DNA from: a bacterium
Lineage (GTDB): Bacteria; Bdellovibrionota_C; UBA2361; RFPC01
DNA: 64,000 nt
Assembly: GCA_030431715.1 (NCBI GenBank)
Contig: JAUIIO010000013.1
Location: 39,388 to 103,387, forward strand
Reading direction: 5' to 3'
Made by a program: the position numbers and the translations under genes. Shown here one piece after another: positions 8,030 through 16,965 of this stretch. Below the pieces are notes generated by a model. It did no database searches. It saw only the letters and a list, made by a program, of their open reading frames with translations, and was not told the DNA's origin. The first letter of the stretch is position 1; each line of letters starts with the position of its first letter.

Positions 8030-9847
8030 TTGAGTAAACGTACTTCCATTTTTATCGTCGTTAAAATTTCACTCTTAACAGTATTAGTAGCACAGCAATT
8101 TTTTGTTTCAGCTCCCAATGAGGCTTGCGCCCAAGAGGGAGGTGTTTATGTACTGGGTTCAGGACTCACTTGTGATGCCGCTACAATACTAAATAAGAAA
8201 GGCAAGACGCTTAAAATCAAAAAAGCACGCAGGGTACTTAATAAAAAGATTAAAAAACTTCAAGGCAAGCGTGGAAAAAAAGCTAAGAAGCGAAGACAGA
8301 AATTACGTGTCACAAAAAAACTCTTAAAGTCGTGCACGAATGGCGAGTTAGAAGTTCTTCCGACCCCCATACCGACGCCAACTCCAGGTGATGATGTCAC
8401 TTTGGAGCTATCTATTGAAGATGAGCTCTGCACGAACACCACCTATGATGCGACACTTTCGTTCATACCTGCACAGGTAGGAAGATCTCTTCTCTTGCAG
8501 ATCTCTGAAAATGGAGGAGCAAGCTGGGATACTGTTGCGGTAACGGAAGGGGATGCGTCCGGAGATTCTCCAGTAGAGTACGACACGCCAAGCAGTGCAG
8601 GTACGTATCACTACCGAACTTTTGCAGAGAGCACAAACATATCAGGTGAAAAGTCTGGTACACCTATCGAGGTTACTATTTCAGATTGTGGTGTTGCGAT
8701 TGTTCCTAAGAAACTACCACTTGTTCGAGCCGGGGGGGTTCACTCATGCTTGCTGGATCTTAACGGTGAAGCGTGGTGCTGGGGGGAGAATACCTACGGG
8801 GCGGTTGGTGATGGCACTGATACTGACAGATTAAATCCGGTTAAGGTATCCGGGGGGCATAAATTTATAGATATTGAGCTGGGCGCCAGACATAGCTGTG
8901 CGCTGAAAGCCGATGGCACAGCATACTGCTGGGGGAAAGATGAAGAATTTGAGAGTCAGGGTGCACTAGGGGGTGGCTCGATAGGTAGTAAGGATGTCCC
9001 TACCAAAGTAGCAGGAGGCATAAAGTTTGCTAAGCTTGCGCTAGGTCAGGAGCACACCTGTGGCATTGCCACAAATGGTTCGACCTATTGCTGGGGGAAC
9101 AATAGACACGGGCAGATAGGCGACGGTGCAACACCTGTAAAAAGTGATAGCTACAACGGAGATGCTACTGAGTATCACAGGTACAGTCCGACTCGAGTAT
9201 CAGGTTCTCAGAACTTTGAAGATATTGTGGCTAAGGGCTGGCAGACCTGTGCGCGCACCAGCTCTGGATCTATGTACTGTTGGGGCGATTCGCCTTTGGG
9301 CTGTGACACTTGTTATAAGAATAATAGTAATATGCCTGAATTAGAACAGTCACAGGCCTTTGCTAGTATCTCTATTGGATATAGCCATCGTTGCGGAATT
9401 ACTTTTAGCGGTACAGCATACTGTTGGGGAACAGAATCCCAAGGTGAATTTGGCAACGGTAATGAAACAACAGATCCGGTATCTACAACTGAACTACAGG
9501 CTGTAGAGGGATCCGTATCATTTGCTTCTATTCATGCAGGAAACTCGTTTACCTGCGGTTTGAAATCAAATGGAGAAGCTTACTGCTGGGGGTACAATCT
9601 GCTTGGTGCAGTGGGAGATGGTACCGGAGGTTCTACGTCCCTTAACCGCCATGAGCCACGCGAGGTTTTTACAATAAGAGAGTTTGATCACCTTTCAGCC
9701 GGATATGGCCATACTTGCGCCGTGAGCCTAGGAGGTTCCGCGTATTGCTGGGGCGGAAACAATCAGGGGCAACTGGGTATAGGTATCAGCGGCTTTGGTG
9801 CTTTTCGTAGTACGCCTACGTTTGTTGGATTTTCTACTGGCCCGTAG
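8030..9847 (+). CDS. Secreted RCC1-repeat (beta-propeller) protein with N-terminal K/R-rich module
   Basis: The TTG start has AGGAGA upstream and a signal peptide follows. Residues about 48-102 are Lys/Arg-rich. Then comes a PTPIPTPTP linker and at least 7 repeats of the RCC1 type: HSCLLDLNGEAWCWGENTYGAVGDG, HSCALKADGTAYCWGKDE, HTCGIATNGSTYCWGNNRHGQIGDG, FTCGLKSNGEAYCWGYNLLGAVGDG, HTCAVSLGGSAYCWGGNNQGQLG. Confidence 0.75.
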   Translation: MSKRTSIFIVVKISLLTVLVAQQFFVSAPNEACAQEGGVYVLGSGLTCDAATILNKKGKTLKIKKARRVLNKKIKKLQGKRGKKAKKRRQKLRVTKKLLKSCTNGELEVLPTPIPTPTPGDDVTLELSIEDELCTNTTYDATLSFIPAQVGRSLLLQISENGGASWDTVAVTEGDASGDSPVEYDTPSSAGTYHYRTFAESTNISGEKSGTPIEVTISDCGVAIVPKKLPLVRAGGVHSCLLDLNGEAWCWGENTYGAVGDGTDTDRLNPVKVSGGHKFIDIELGARHSCALKADGTAYCWGKDEEFESQGALGGGSIGSKDVPTKVAGGIKFAKLALGQEHTCGIATNGSTYCWGNNRHGQIGDGATPVKSDSYNGDATEYHRYSPTRVSGSQNFEDIVAKGWQTCARTSSGSMYCWGDSPLGCDTCYKNNSNMPELEQSQAFASISIGYSHRCGITFSGTAYCWGTESQGEFGNGNETTDPVSTTELQAVEGSVSFASIHAGNSFTCGLKSNGEAYCWGYNLLGAVGDGTGGSTSLNRHEPREVFTIREFDHLSAGYGHTCAVSLGGSAYCWGGNNQGQLGIGISGFGAFRSTPTFVGFSTGP

Positions 9848-9911
9848 CGGTTTCTGTGCCTTGCGTTGAATAATCAAGTGCATTTGCTTTCTAGTAAAAG
9901 CTTTTAGGCTT

Positions 9912-10982
9912 TTATAAGGACTCAGCCCTAAGAGTACATTGATATTGCCAGTATCTCTTTGAAGCAACTCCGATACTACAGAGTGTGAGATTCTGTAAAA
10001 AATAGCCGATAGGTACGATTGAAGCCATTCCCAATGGGGAGCTTAGAGCAGCTACTCCAGTTGCAGTGGCGCCGAGCCAAAATACTTGATTTCGCAGAGG
10101 GGGAAAGCTTTCAGGATCAGCTTTATGAGCTGCCTTAACAAAATCATACATCATGGGCGCAATACTAAGTGTTCTTGCAACGAGTCCAGCACTAATACCA
10201 ACAACAACACCATCTAAACCAAGCTCTTGAAAGAATGCAGCTCCTGCTTCAAAGCGAGCAGCGACCATAGGCACAAGGGATGCCCATGCAACTACTTCAC
10301 AGCTCTTTAAAAATGTCCCTACCTTCTCTGCTCGTCCGTATAGCCTTGAAACGCCATACGACAGAGCTGATCCAACGGCGAATATCGCCGGAGCAGCAAG
10401 GCTTGCTGACATTACCGACAGACTTTGTCCGGCTTGAATACCTGCATAAAGCCCAGCACCTAACAACACGCCGTGATTTAGGGTAAATATTCTAAGTGAT
10501 ACACTATTGCCCGGAAAGAAAGGTTCGCCGGGAAACATCTTTTCTCCCAGCCGAGACAGTACGTGCTGAGAACGTTTTTCGGGCGGGACGCTGCGAGTAA
10601 AGTAATTAATGTAACCTAATCCTCCCAGCACGACGCCGAGCATACCAAGAGTTGCCTTCTTGGTTTGTGAGAGCATTGAGCTCTGTGCATTCTCTGGTGC
10701 ATTATCAGTGCTTTGGGAGATTACATTTGGAATTTCTTTAGTTGCCGTATGAAGCGAGGCCTCAGAAGGTATATCTGGCAAGGTACTGTTCGAGAGCAGT
10801 TCAGGTGCGGTTTCCTCTGTCGTTAACGTAACGGCTGTGCTTGGAGTTCTGAGCTCTTGTAAGACAGAGAGGCCGGTCTCAGACTTCTCCACTGCTGGAG
10901 GCGTAAGCGCAGCAAAACTTAAGCAAACAAGCGCTGCTTGCGTGGTGTTGTTCTGTTTGCTTTTAGTCATGGGTGGACTCAT
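9912..10982 (-). CDS. Membrane protein, unknown function (low-complexity N-terminal region)
   Basis: The N-terminal 110 aa are Ser/Thr/Pro-rich and Gly/Ala-rich TM segments follow. I recognise no family. Confidence 0.45.
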   Translation of the reverse strand: MSPPMTKSKQNNTTQAALVCLSFAALTPPAVEKSETGLSVLQELRTPSTAVTLTTEETAPELLSNSTLPDIPSEASLHTATKEIPNVISQSTDNAPENAQSSMLSQTKKATLGMLGVVLGGLGYINYFTRSVPPEKRSQHVLSRLGEKMFPGEPFFPGNSVSLRIFTLNHGVLLGAGLYAGIQAGQSLSVMSASLAAPAIFAVGSALSYGVSRLYGRAEKVGTFLKSCEVVAWASLVPMVAARFEAGAAFFQELGLDGVVVGISAGLVARTLSIAPMMYDFVKAAHKADPESFPPLRNQVFWLGATATGVAALSSPLGMASIVPIGYFLQNLTLCSIGVASKRYWQYQCTLRAESL

Positions 10983-11127
10983 CCTTATATTATAGTTATT
11001 AGCTATTTCTTACTCAAAGTTGCCTAACCGAAGTTGTGTATTCACTAAATGCCATAGATTAGGTGCTATTTGACTACTCGTTCCTTGAGCTTTTACATCT
11101 AAGAGGCTAGATTTAGCCTTATAGAGC

Positions 11128-12099
11128 ATGAAAAAACGCGCTTCAAAATTTACATTTATAGACCTTTTTGCTGGTATTGGTGGTACGCGATTAGCGTTTG
11201 AAGCGGCAGGTGGAGAGTGTGTCTTTACTTCTGAATGGGATAAGTTTGCACAGCGTACCTATGAAGCGAACTTTGGCCATAAGCCGCATGGTGATATTAC
11301 TAAGATTGATTCCTCTAACATTCCAGAGCATGATGTTTTAGTCGCAGGCTTTCCCTGTCAGCCATTTTCGATTTCAGGGGTATCAAAGAAAAACTCTCTT
11401 GGTCGTCCAACAGGATTTAAGGATCCCACTCAAGGCACTCTCTTCTTTGAAGTGAAGCGAATTCTTAACGACAAAAAGCCGCAGGCATTCTTATTAGAAA
11501 ATGTTAAGAACCTTGTAAGCCATGATAAAGGGAGAACCTTTCAAATAATCTTGGGGTCTCTAAAAGAGATTGGATATCAGGTTTATCATCAGGTTATTGA
11601 TGCAGCTAAATACGTTCCGCAGCACCGACAGCGTATCTTTATCGTTGGTTTTCGTAATGTTGAGAGTTTTCAGTTCCCGATACCACCATCTGAAGATGCC
11701 CCCGCTTTCAAGGAGATATTAGATAGGAGCGTTGATCCCAAATATACTCTCTCAGATAAGCTGTGGCAGTACCTGCAAGATTATGCGGCAAAGCATAAAA
11801 AAGCAGGCAATGGTTTTGGTTACGGGCTTACCCCGTTGTCTGGAAGAGCAAGGACCTTAAGCGCACGGTATTATAAAGATGGGGCAGAGATACTGGTTCC
11901 CCAGCACGGTAAAAATCCTAGAAGGCTCACCCCGCGAGAGTGTGCTCGTCTTATGGGGTTTCCTGAGGATTTTAAGATCCCTGTCTCTGATACTCAGGCC
12001 TATAAACAGTTTGGAAACTCGGTTGTCGTTCCTGTAGTTGCGAGTATCGCAAATGAGATAGCTCGTGTTCTGCAACACAATCGTCAGAAAGCTGCATAG
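11128..12099 (+). CDS. DNA (cytosine-5)-methyltransferase
   Basis: The canonical m5C motifs are present in order: [10 protein letters not shown] (I), GFPCQPFS (IV), ENV (VI), QRQRIFIVG (VIII), [12 protein letters not shown] (IX) and GNSVVVPV (X). Confidence 0.9.
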   Translation: MKKRASKFTFIDLFAGIGGTRLAFEAAGGECVFTSEWDKFAQRTYEANFGHKPHGDITKIDSSNIPEHDVLVAGFPCQPFSISGVSKKNSLGRPTGFKDPTQGTLFFEVKRILNDKKPQAFLLENVKNLVSHDKGRTFQIILGSLKEIGYQVYHQVIDAAKYVPQHRQRIFIVGFRNVESFQFPIPPSEDAPAFKEILDRSVDPKYTLSDKLWQYLQDYAAKHKKAGNGFGYGLTPLSGRARTLSARYYKDGAEILVPQHGKNPRRLTPRECARLMGFPEDFKIPVSDTQAYKQFGNSVVVPVVASIANEIARVLQHNRQKAA

Positions 12100-12228
12100 A
12101 GACTTCTAGACTTGCTAGTCAGATAGTTGAACAAGAAACTCAAGAATTGCCTATCGCGATTCTTATGGCGCATGGCCAGCCGTTAAGCTAATATAGCTTT
12201 TTAGTTTAACCTTGCTCGAGGCCTTTCG

Positions 12229-12822
12229 ATGAAAAAAATACTACTCCCACTTATTCTTACACTTTTACTCCTTTGTCTAATGTCTGATGCCTTTGCCGCG
12301 AGGGGGAAGGTAAAAAGCCTTGCGAAGCGTTACCGTAATATTGATCGCAAGATAGATCGTCTTACAAAACGTTACAAAAGACTTACCCCTACGCAGCGAG
12401 CAAGTTTACTCTCAGCCTTAAGCGATAAATATGATGACGTCGACAACGACGATCTTCCTGATTATCTGGACGAAGGATCAGGGCGCTGTGATGCTGATAG
12501 TGATGATGATGGTATTCTTGATGGTGAAGATTTTGATGATGACGACGATGATGATGACAATAGTTCACCATCCCCCTCTCCCTCTTCATCACCTAGTGGA
12601 TCAGAGATAGAAATTCACGCACTTATTCAAAGTATCACAGAGACATCTATCACAGTGAACAACACCACCTTTCAGCTCACAAACTCTACAGAGTATCTTG
12701 ATGATGATAACAATGCACTTTCGCGAACTGATTTCACTGTAGGAGAGTGTGTTGAAGTTGAAGGCTATAGCTCCTCTGGAAACGCTACTGCTGAAAAGGT
12801 CAAAGAAGACGATGATTGCTAG
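12229..12822 (+). CDS. Secreted Asp-rich (thrombospondin type-3-like calcium-binding) protein
   Basis: After the signal peptide comes the K/R-rich stretch RGKVKSLAKRYRNIDRKIDRLTKRYKR. Next are DNDDLPDYLDEGSGRCDADSDDDGILDGEDFDDDDDDDD and a PSPSPSSSPS linker. The C-terminal beta-rich domain may be DUF5666-like. Confidence 0.55.
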   Translation: MKKILLPLILTLLLLCLMSDAFAARGKVKSLAKRYRNIDRKIDRLTKRYKRLTPTQRASLLSALSDKYDDVDNDDLPDYLDEGSGRCDADSDDDGILDGEDFDDDDDDDDNSSPSPSPSSSPSGSEIEIHALIQSITETSITVNNTTFQLTNSTEYLDDDNNALSRTDFTVGECVEVEGYSSSGNATAEKVKEDDDC

Positions 12823-12938
12823 CGGATAAAAATGCTGGCGGTAGTAACGTGAAAGTGGGGGGGTTATTTGTAACCTTTGTACGGCTAAACCCTCCCGAAA
12901 GCCGAATTGTTTGAAGGAATATGAGAGTCGCTGCTGCC

Positions 12939-14225
12939 CTAGGTATCGTAGCTCATCAAGACCTGGCGAGGTCCCGTTACGAGCAGGTAAACTGCGACAA
13001 AGCACACAGCGGCAAGGCCACCAAGTGCAAAGACGACAGCACAAACTACCATAATCTCGATCACCCGTTCAAAAAAGACACGAGCGATGCTGCTTCCGCT
13101 CCTACCATGAGCGCAGAAACAGAGGATCGATGCCACAAGGAAGATCCGCGTCACAACGTCGGCAATACCGACGTCGGTCAGCGCGCCATTGATGAGCCAC
13201 ACGGCAAGCGTGATGACGGCTCCGAAGGCCAATGCCGCAACGGCATATAGCCCCCAAAATTCAACGGAGAAGAACGTGCGGCCGTTCTTCTCAAGCTCTT
13301 TGCGGAGCTCGTGCATCCCCTCAAGGCCGCTCCTATCGTAGCAGAGCAACCCGAAGAGAACGTCACTTGCACCGTCAAGTAGGAGCAAGAGCGCAAAGTA
13401 CTGCCGAAATCCCCAGCCCTCCAGTACAAACGAAGAGTGGGGCGCAAACCACGTCATGGTGTCAGATAGTGGGCGGTCCAGCAGAAGCCAGCCGATCACC
13501 ATGTAGACTGCCCCGAGCTGGATCAACTTAAAGTCGACCCAGTTGGTCTCTTGCCGCTTGGAGGCGGCGAACAACACGCAGTTGTATACGAAGTGAGCTA
13601 TGAAGGCGGGAAAAAACCCGTACTTCATAAAGATGTACGTCAAACTCACTCCGCCGATGAACTGCGGTAGTACGAGTAGTGGGGAACGGTCCTCCTTACT
13701 CTTGAAGTTACCCAAATGCACGAGAGCCCAGAGGGTGTTTCCGACTAGAAACAGGGTGTAGAACCCTACCGGGTTGTGAAACACGGGCAACTTGTAAAAG
13801 ATGCCGAGGAAGAGCAACCTTGCGGAAAACTCTTCAAGGACAACTATCAGGTATACCCTCTTAAAGAGCTTCTCCTCCTTTTTGGGAGAGAGCATGCCCT
13901 CAACAGAGTGTTCGCCCTTTACGGTGATGTACTTGCTGAGCACCCCCATCAGAGCGAACACGATGGCGATGTCTAGCACGGTGATCGCAAAGATCGGGCC
14001 GAGCATCTCGTAGTATGAGGCGCTGTAGTGCCTCTGAAGTTGCACCGTGAAAAACGGCACGACGTCGGCGGCCAGCACGTTAAAGCCGCCGAGCATGAAT
14101 GCTGCGAACGACATAACGAGTAGCGTGCCTATGAAGCTTAGACCTCCAATTGATTGAGGCCGTATGGAAGAGGACTCTCCCGTGTTTCGGCCAAGAACAG
14201 CGTAGCTTGCATGCATCGAAGTCAT
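12939..14225 (-). CDS. CPBP-family intramembrane glutamic endopeptidase (CAAX protease/Abi-like) with extra C-terminal membrane domain
   Basis: The motifs are VVLEEFSARLLF (EExxxR), WALVHLGNF and FIAHFVYN (HxxxN). I prefer the start at ATG 14225 because AAGGAGG lies 5 nt upstream. The gene is notably G+C-rich. Confidence 0.65.
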   Translation of the reverse strand: MTSMHASYAVLGRNTGESSSIRPQSIGGLSFIGTLLVMSFAAFMLGGFNVLAADVVPFFTVQLQRHYSASYYEMLGPIFAITVLDIAIVFALMGVLSKYITVKGEHSVEGMLSPKKEEKLFKRVYLIVVLEEFSARLLFLGIFYKLPVFHNPVGFYTLFLVGNTLWALVHLGNFKSKEDRSPLLVLPQFIGGVSLTYIFMKYGFFPAFIAHFVYNCVLFAASKRQETNWVDFKLIQLGAVYMVIGWLLLDRPLSDTMTWFAPHSSFVLEGWGFRQYFALLLLLDGASDVLFGLLCYDRSGLEGMHELRKELEKNGRTFFSVEFWGLYAVAALAFGAVITLAVWLINGALTDVGIADVVTRIFLVASILCFCAHGRSGSSIARVFFERVIEIMVVCAVVFALGGLAAVCFVAVYLLVTGPRQVLMSYDT

Positions 14226-14474
14226 AATGACCTCCTTGTACAAAGACAAAGTGCGAGTGAAAAACGCGTCTCTCTCTATTCCTTTCTACCCTTATTCAGT
14301 TGTTAAGTTGTTGAAAAACCTTCAAGTCTTATAATATCAAATCCGAAATCCCTAAGATAATCGCTGCAACGGCCGTATTTAGGCTAAAAAATATGACCGG
14401 ATGAAATGTGTGTTTCTTGTTAGCGAGCTATTAGGAATTGTTTCTGCCGCTCCATTAATGCTAAATTTAAGCAC

Positions 14475-15122
14475 ATGGGTATTACTACAAGCAGTTCAGA
14501 TAGTGGGAGTAGATTTTTGACTTCCGGTCCATTAACCCCGTCACTTCCTCCTGTTGATAGAGGCAAAGAAGTCGCCTCCTTAGATTCTGATATCGATACG
14601 AGTCTTAGCAATTCAGAGGAGGCATCGGTTGATACTCCTGAGGAGACCTCAAGCGGTTCATTGAGCTATGATGATAGTGGGCAAGGAGTAGAGCAGACGT
14701 CCTTACCAGATAGCTACACCACCGGCCAAGACGAATCCTCAGAAGCTAAATCCGAAGGTAATATTGAAATGTATCACGGGGCATCTCTTCCAGGACGTCC
14801 TGCGCCTGCAAATTGCCCACGATACTTAAATAAGCAGGGCGAGGTAATAGTTACTCCTTCTTTAGAGAGTACTACGATGTCCGGTGATAATAGGCCAGCG
14901 CCTCGTACAAATCTTTTTGAAGCGATAAGACGTTATGGTCATGATGAGGATTTCTCTCCAGTAGAGGATGACGAAGGCTTTGTGCCTACTTCTGCACCAG
15001 CAGGCTCTCCTGAAAAAATCGATGTATTAGCTGAAAGAATAAGGCAGGGATTTCCTCTCTTTCATGAAGAGGATCGTGTTGATTACAGTGGTCTGATTGG
15101 AGCAATCCGGCCTAGAGATTAG
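14475..15122 (+). CDS. Hypothetical protein (acidic Ser/Glu-rich N-terminal half)
   Basis: This is an ORF only, with no clear RBS, so the start is uncertain. I could not assign the C-terminal segment GSPEKIDVLAERIRQGFPLFHEED. Confidence 0.35.
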   Translation: MGITTSSSDSGSRFLTSGPLTPSLPPVDRGKEVASLDSDIDTSLSNSEEASVDTPEETSSGSLSYDDSGQGVEQTSLPDSYTTGQDESSEAKSEGNIEMYHGASLPGRPAPANCPRYLNKQGEVIVTPSLESTTMSGDNRPAPRTNLFEAIRRYGHDEDFSPVEDDEGFVPTSAPAGSPEKIDVLAERIRQGFPLFHEEDRVDYSGLIGAIRPRD

Positions 15123-15181
15123 CTGTGAACGTGCCAGTTCGCAGCTTTACAAGCGAACCGGCATCACGTACACCTTCTGCT

Positions 15182-15697
15182 TTAGCCAGACTTACACCCC
15201 AGACCACCAGGCATTCTAAAATCTTTACAGCCATGTTTGCGCTGCTTGTCACCGCAACGTCCCGGAACATAGCCACTCGGACATGTCTCTTTAACTGGTG
15301 CTCGAGCTGCCTCACGTCGTTCCCTCTCGAGCCTTTCACGCTCTCTCTCTAACTCTCTGCGCTCTTCTTCAAGTTCACGTCTTTCGCGGTAAATACTCTC
15401 GCTATGATATCGGTCACGTGAGTCGTATTTGTCGTATCCTCTTCTTGCGATTTCAAAAGTTGCCCGGCATCCATCATCTACCCAGACGCCCCTTTCATCG
15501 GCTCCCCATGAGCGTCCTCTAGTGCAGGAGGATTTACTTATCTGACGCTCAATATAGACCTCTGCGTCTCTCATGTTACGTGCAGAACAGTGGCGATATC
15601 CACCGGTGGACTCACAGGTCACGTAGTCAGCAAAAGTGACTGAAGTACAAAGTAAGATCGAAGTGATTATAAAAATGCCGTATCTGGTCATGCCCAT
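15182..15697 (-). CDS. DUF3011-like secreted protein with charged ER-repeat coiled coil and Cys-rich tail
   Basis: After the signal peptide, CESTGGYRHCSARNMRDAEVYIERQISKSSCTRGRSWGADERGVWVDDGCRATF fits the DUF3011 Cys pattern as I remember it. It is followed by RERRELEEERRELERERERLERERRE. Confidence 0.5.
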   Translation of the reverse strand: MGMTRYGIFIITSILLCTSVTFADYVTCESTGGYRHCSARNMRDAEVYIERQISKSSCTRGRSWGADERGVWVDDGCRATFEIARRGYDKYDSRDRYHSESIYRERRELEEERRELERERERLERERREAARAPVKETCPSGYVPGRCGDKQRKHGCKDFRMPGGLGCKSG

Positions 15698-15901
15698 TTC
15701 TCATACCTTTGGAAACAATCGTTAAATAATTCAGGACTATTTTTATCAGATAGATTGAGTTTTTAGTATAAAAAATCGTTTTTTCTCTATCTTCTCCTTT
15801 AGCGAGTTTATGCGATAATTCGATAAATCATGGTTTGTTTTAATATCGTTAGGTATGAAACAGTAAAAAGACTATTGCCTTGCTCCAGAGCAGGCGGCTC
15901 A

Positions 15902-16951
15902 TTAAGAGATCTGGCCGTCCTCATTCTCAATTTCGAGAATTCGCCAGCGTCGATGAAATGCGTCTGTGGTTGCTTGGCGAACTGTATGTAAGTGCTTGAT
16001 TATATTTTTGGGTATCTTGTCTCGATAAGCATGAAGTGTGGTGTAAGTGAAGACAAAACATCCAACCGGTTCTTCCTGTCCAATAAGGAGCGGTGCAAGT
16101 GCAAAACGCATTTCGGGATGACGCTTAATTAGATCTGGACAAAGATCTTCCAGCTCTTCCGTTATAACCTGAGGCTCTGCCTCAATAGAGAGAATTCTAT
16201 TGCTTAGCCCTTTGTCTACAGCTTCAGTGAGTGTCTTCTTGTCGTTTAGTTTGATCTTCTCTTCTCTACACCAGTACGAAGGGTATCCATACTCGTTGCA
16301 CTGTGCGAGAGCAGAAGGGGTATCGCATTCCGTTTTGATAAGTGCCACGGTAGAATGGATTCTCTGATTCGGATGATTGATAAGAGCAAGTGTTGAAATA
16401 TCAGCAATGGCAGTTGGAGATATGTCTGAACAGAGAAGTTCAGAGAGCGAGCCATTAGAAAGGGCAGTCGTAACTACTGAATTTTTATAATCACGTAGAT
16501 TATCGTGACATTCGCTTTCAAATACTTTGAGACTTTCCAGTGGCTTCTTAAGACCCTCTGCAAAATCACTGAGCGCCTCATCCGACTCTTGAACTATCTG
16601 CTGGAAGTCCTCAGAGAATTCCGCACGCACGTGGGGGCTCTGTTCAGCCAGCCTACGCTCAAAAGTAGCACAGATCTCTTCAACTATTCTGGCCCGTAAG
16701 CGCAAAAGGTCTTTCTCAAGAGGGGAATTCTGAATAATGGCCCTAAACTGTTGAAAATGCGAGGATTCATTTATGGATGGGGTAACACCATCACCTCTTG
16801 AATCATGAGAAGCTGAAGACATCTTGCCATTATATTCGAGTCTATAAACTAAGCAATCCGGACGAGGTCCGCCCCTCCTGAATGAGTAGTTTTTTTTGTG
16901 TATTTTCAATATTGAATTGAGTAGGCTGGCCCCTGTTTGAGCTCTTTCCAT
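15902..16951 (-). CDS. Hypothetical cytoplasmic protein
   Basis: The ORF is long but the start is uncertain. The track start at 17014 would overlap the divergent gene at 16966. Alternative ATGs lie at 16951 and 16822. Confidence 0.4.
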   Translation of the reverse strand: MERAQTGASLLNSILKIHKKNYSFRRGGPRPDCLVYRLEYNGKMSSASHDSRGDGVTPSINESSHFQQFRAIIQNSPLEKDLLRLRARIVEEICATFERRLAEQSPHVRAEFSEDFQQIVQESDEALSDFAEGLKKPLESLKVFESECHDNLRDYKNSVVTTALSNGSLSELLCSDISPTAIADISTLALINHPNQRIHSTVALIKTECDTPSALAQCNEYGYPSYWCREEKIKLNDKKTLTEAVDKGLSNRILSIEAEPQVITEELEDLCPDLIKRHPEMRFALAPLLIGQEEPVGCFVFTYTTLHAYRDKIPKNIIKHLHTVRQATTDAFHRRWRILEIENEDGQIS

Positions 16952-16965
16952 ATAAGGAGGCCCTG

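Noticed and set aside
12389-12592. A His-rich 67-aa ORF lies antisense to the poly-Asp region of the 12229..12822 gene.
   Set aside because: GAT/GAC repeats read antisense give ATC/GTC and His-rich frames, so this is an artefact.
9912-12822. I considered the methyltransferase plus its neighbours as a restriction-modification or other defence system.
   Set aside because: Neither neighbour shows nuclease, helicase or ATPase motifs. They are a membrane protein and a secreted Asp-rich protein, on separate transcription units.
13178-13531. Two overlapping ORFs of about 90-100 aa (13178..13447 minus strand, 13232..13531 plus strand) lie inside the CPBP gene.
   Set aside because: They are a by-product of locally high G+C, which depletes stop codons. 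Their Arg/Ala/Ser/Pro-rich composition shows no motifs.
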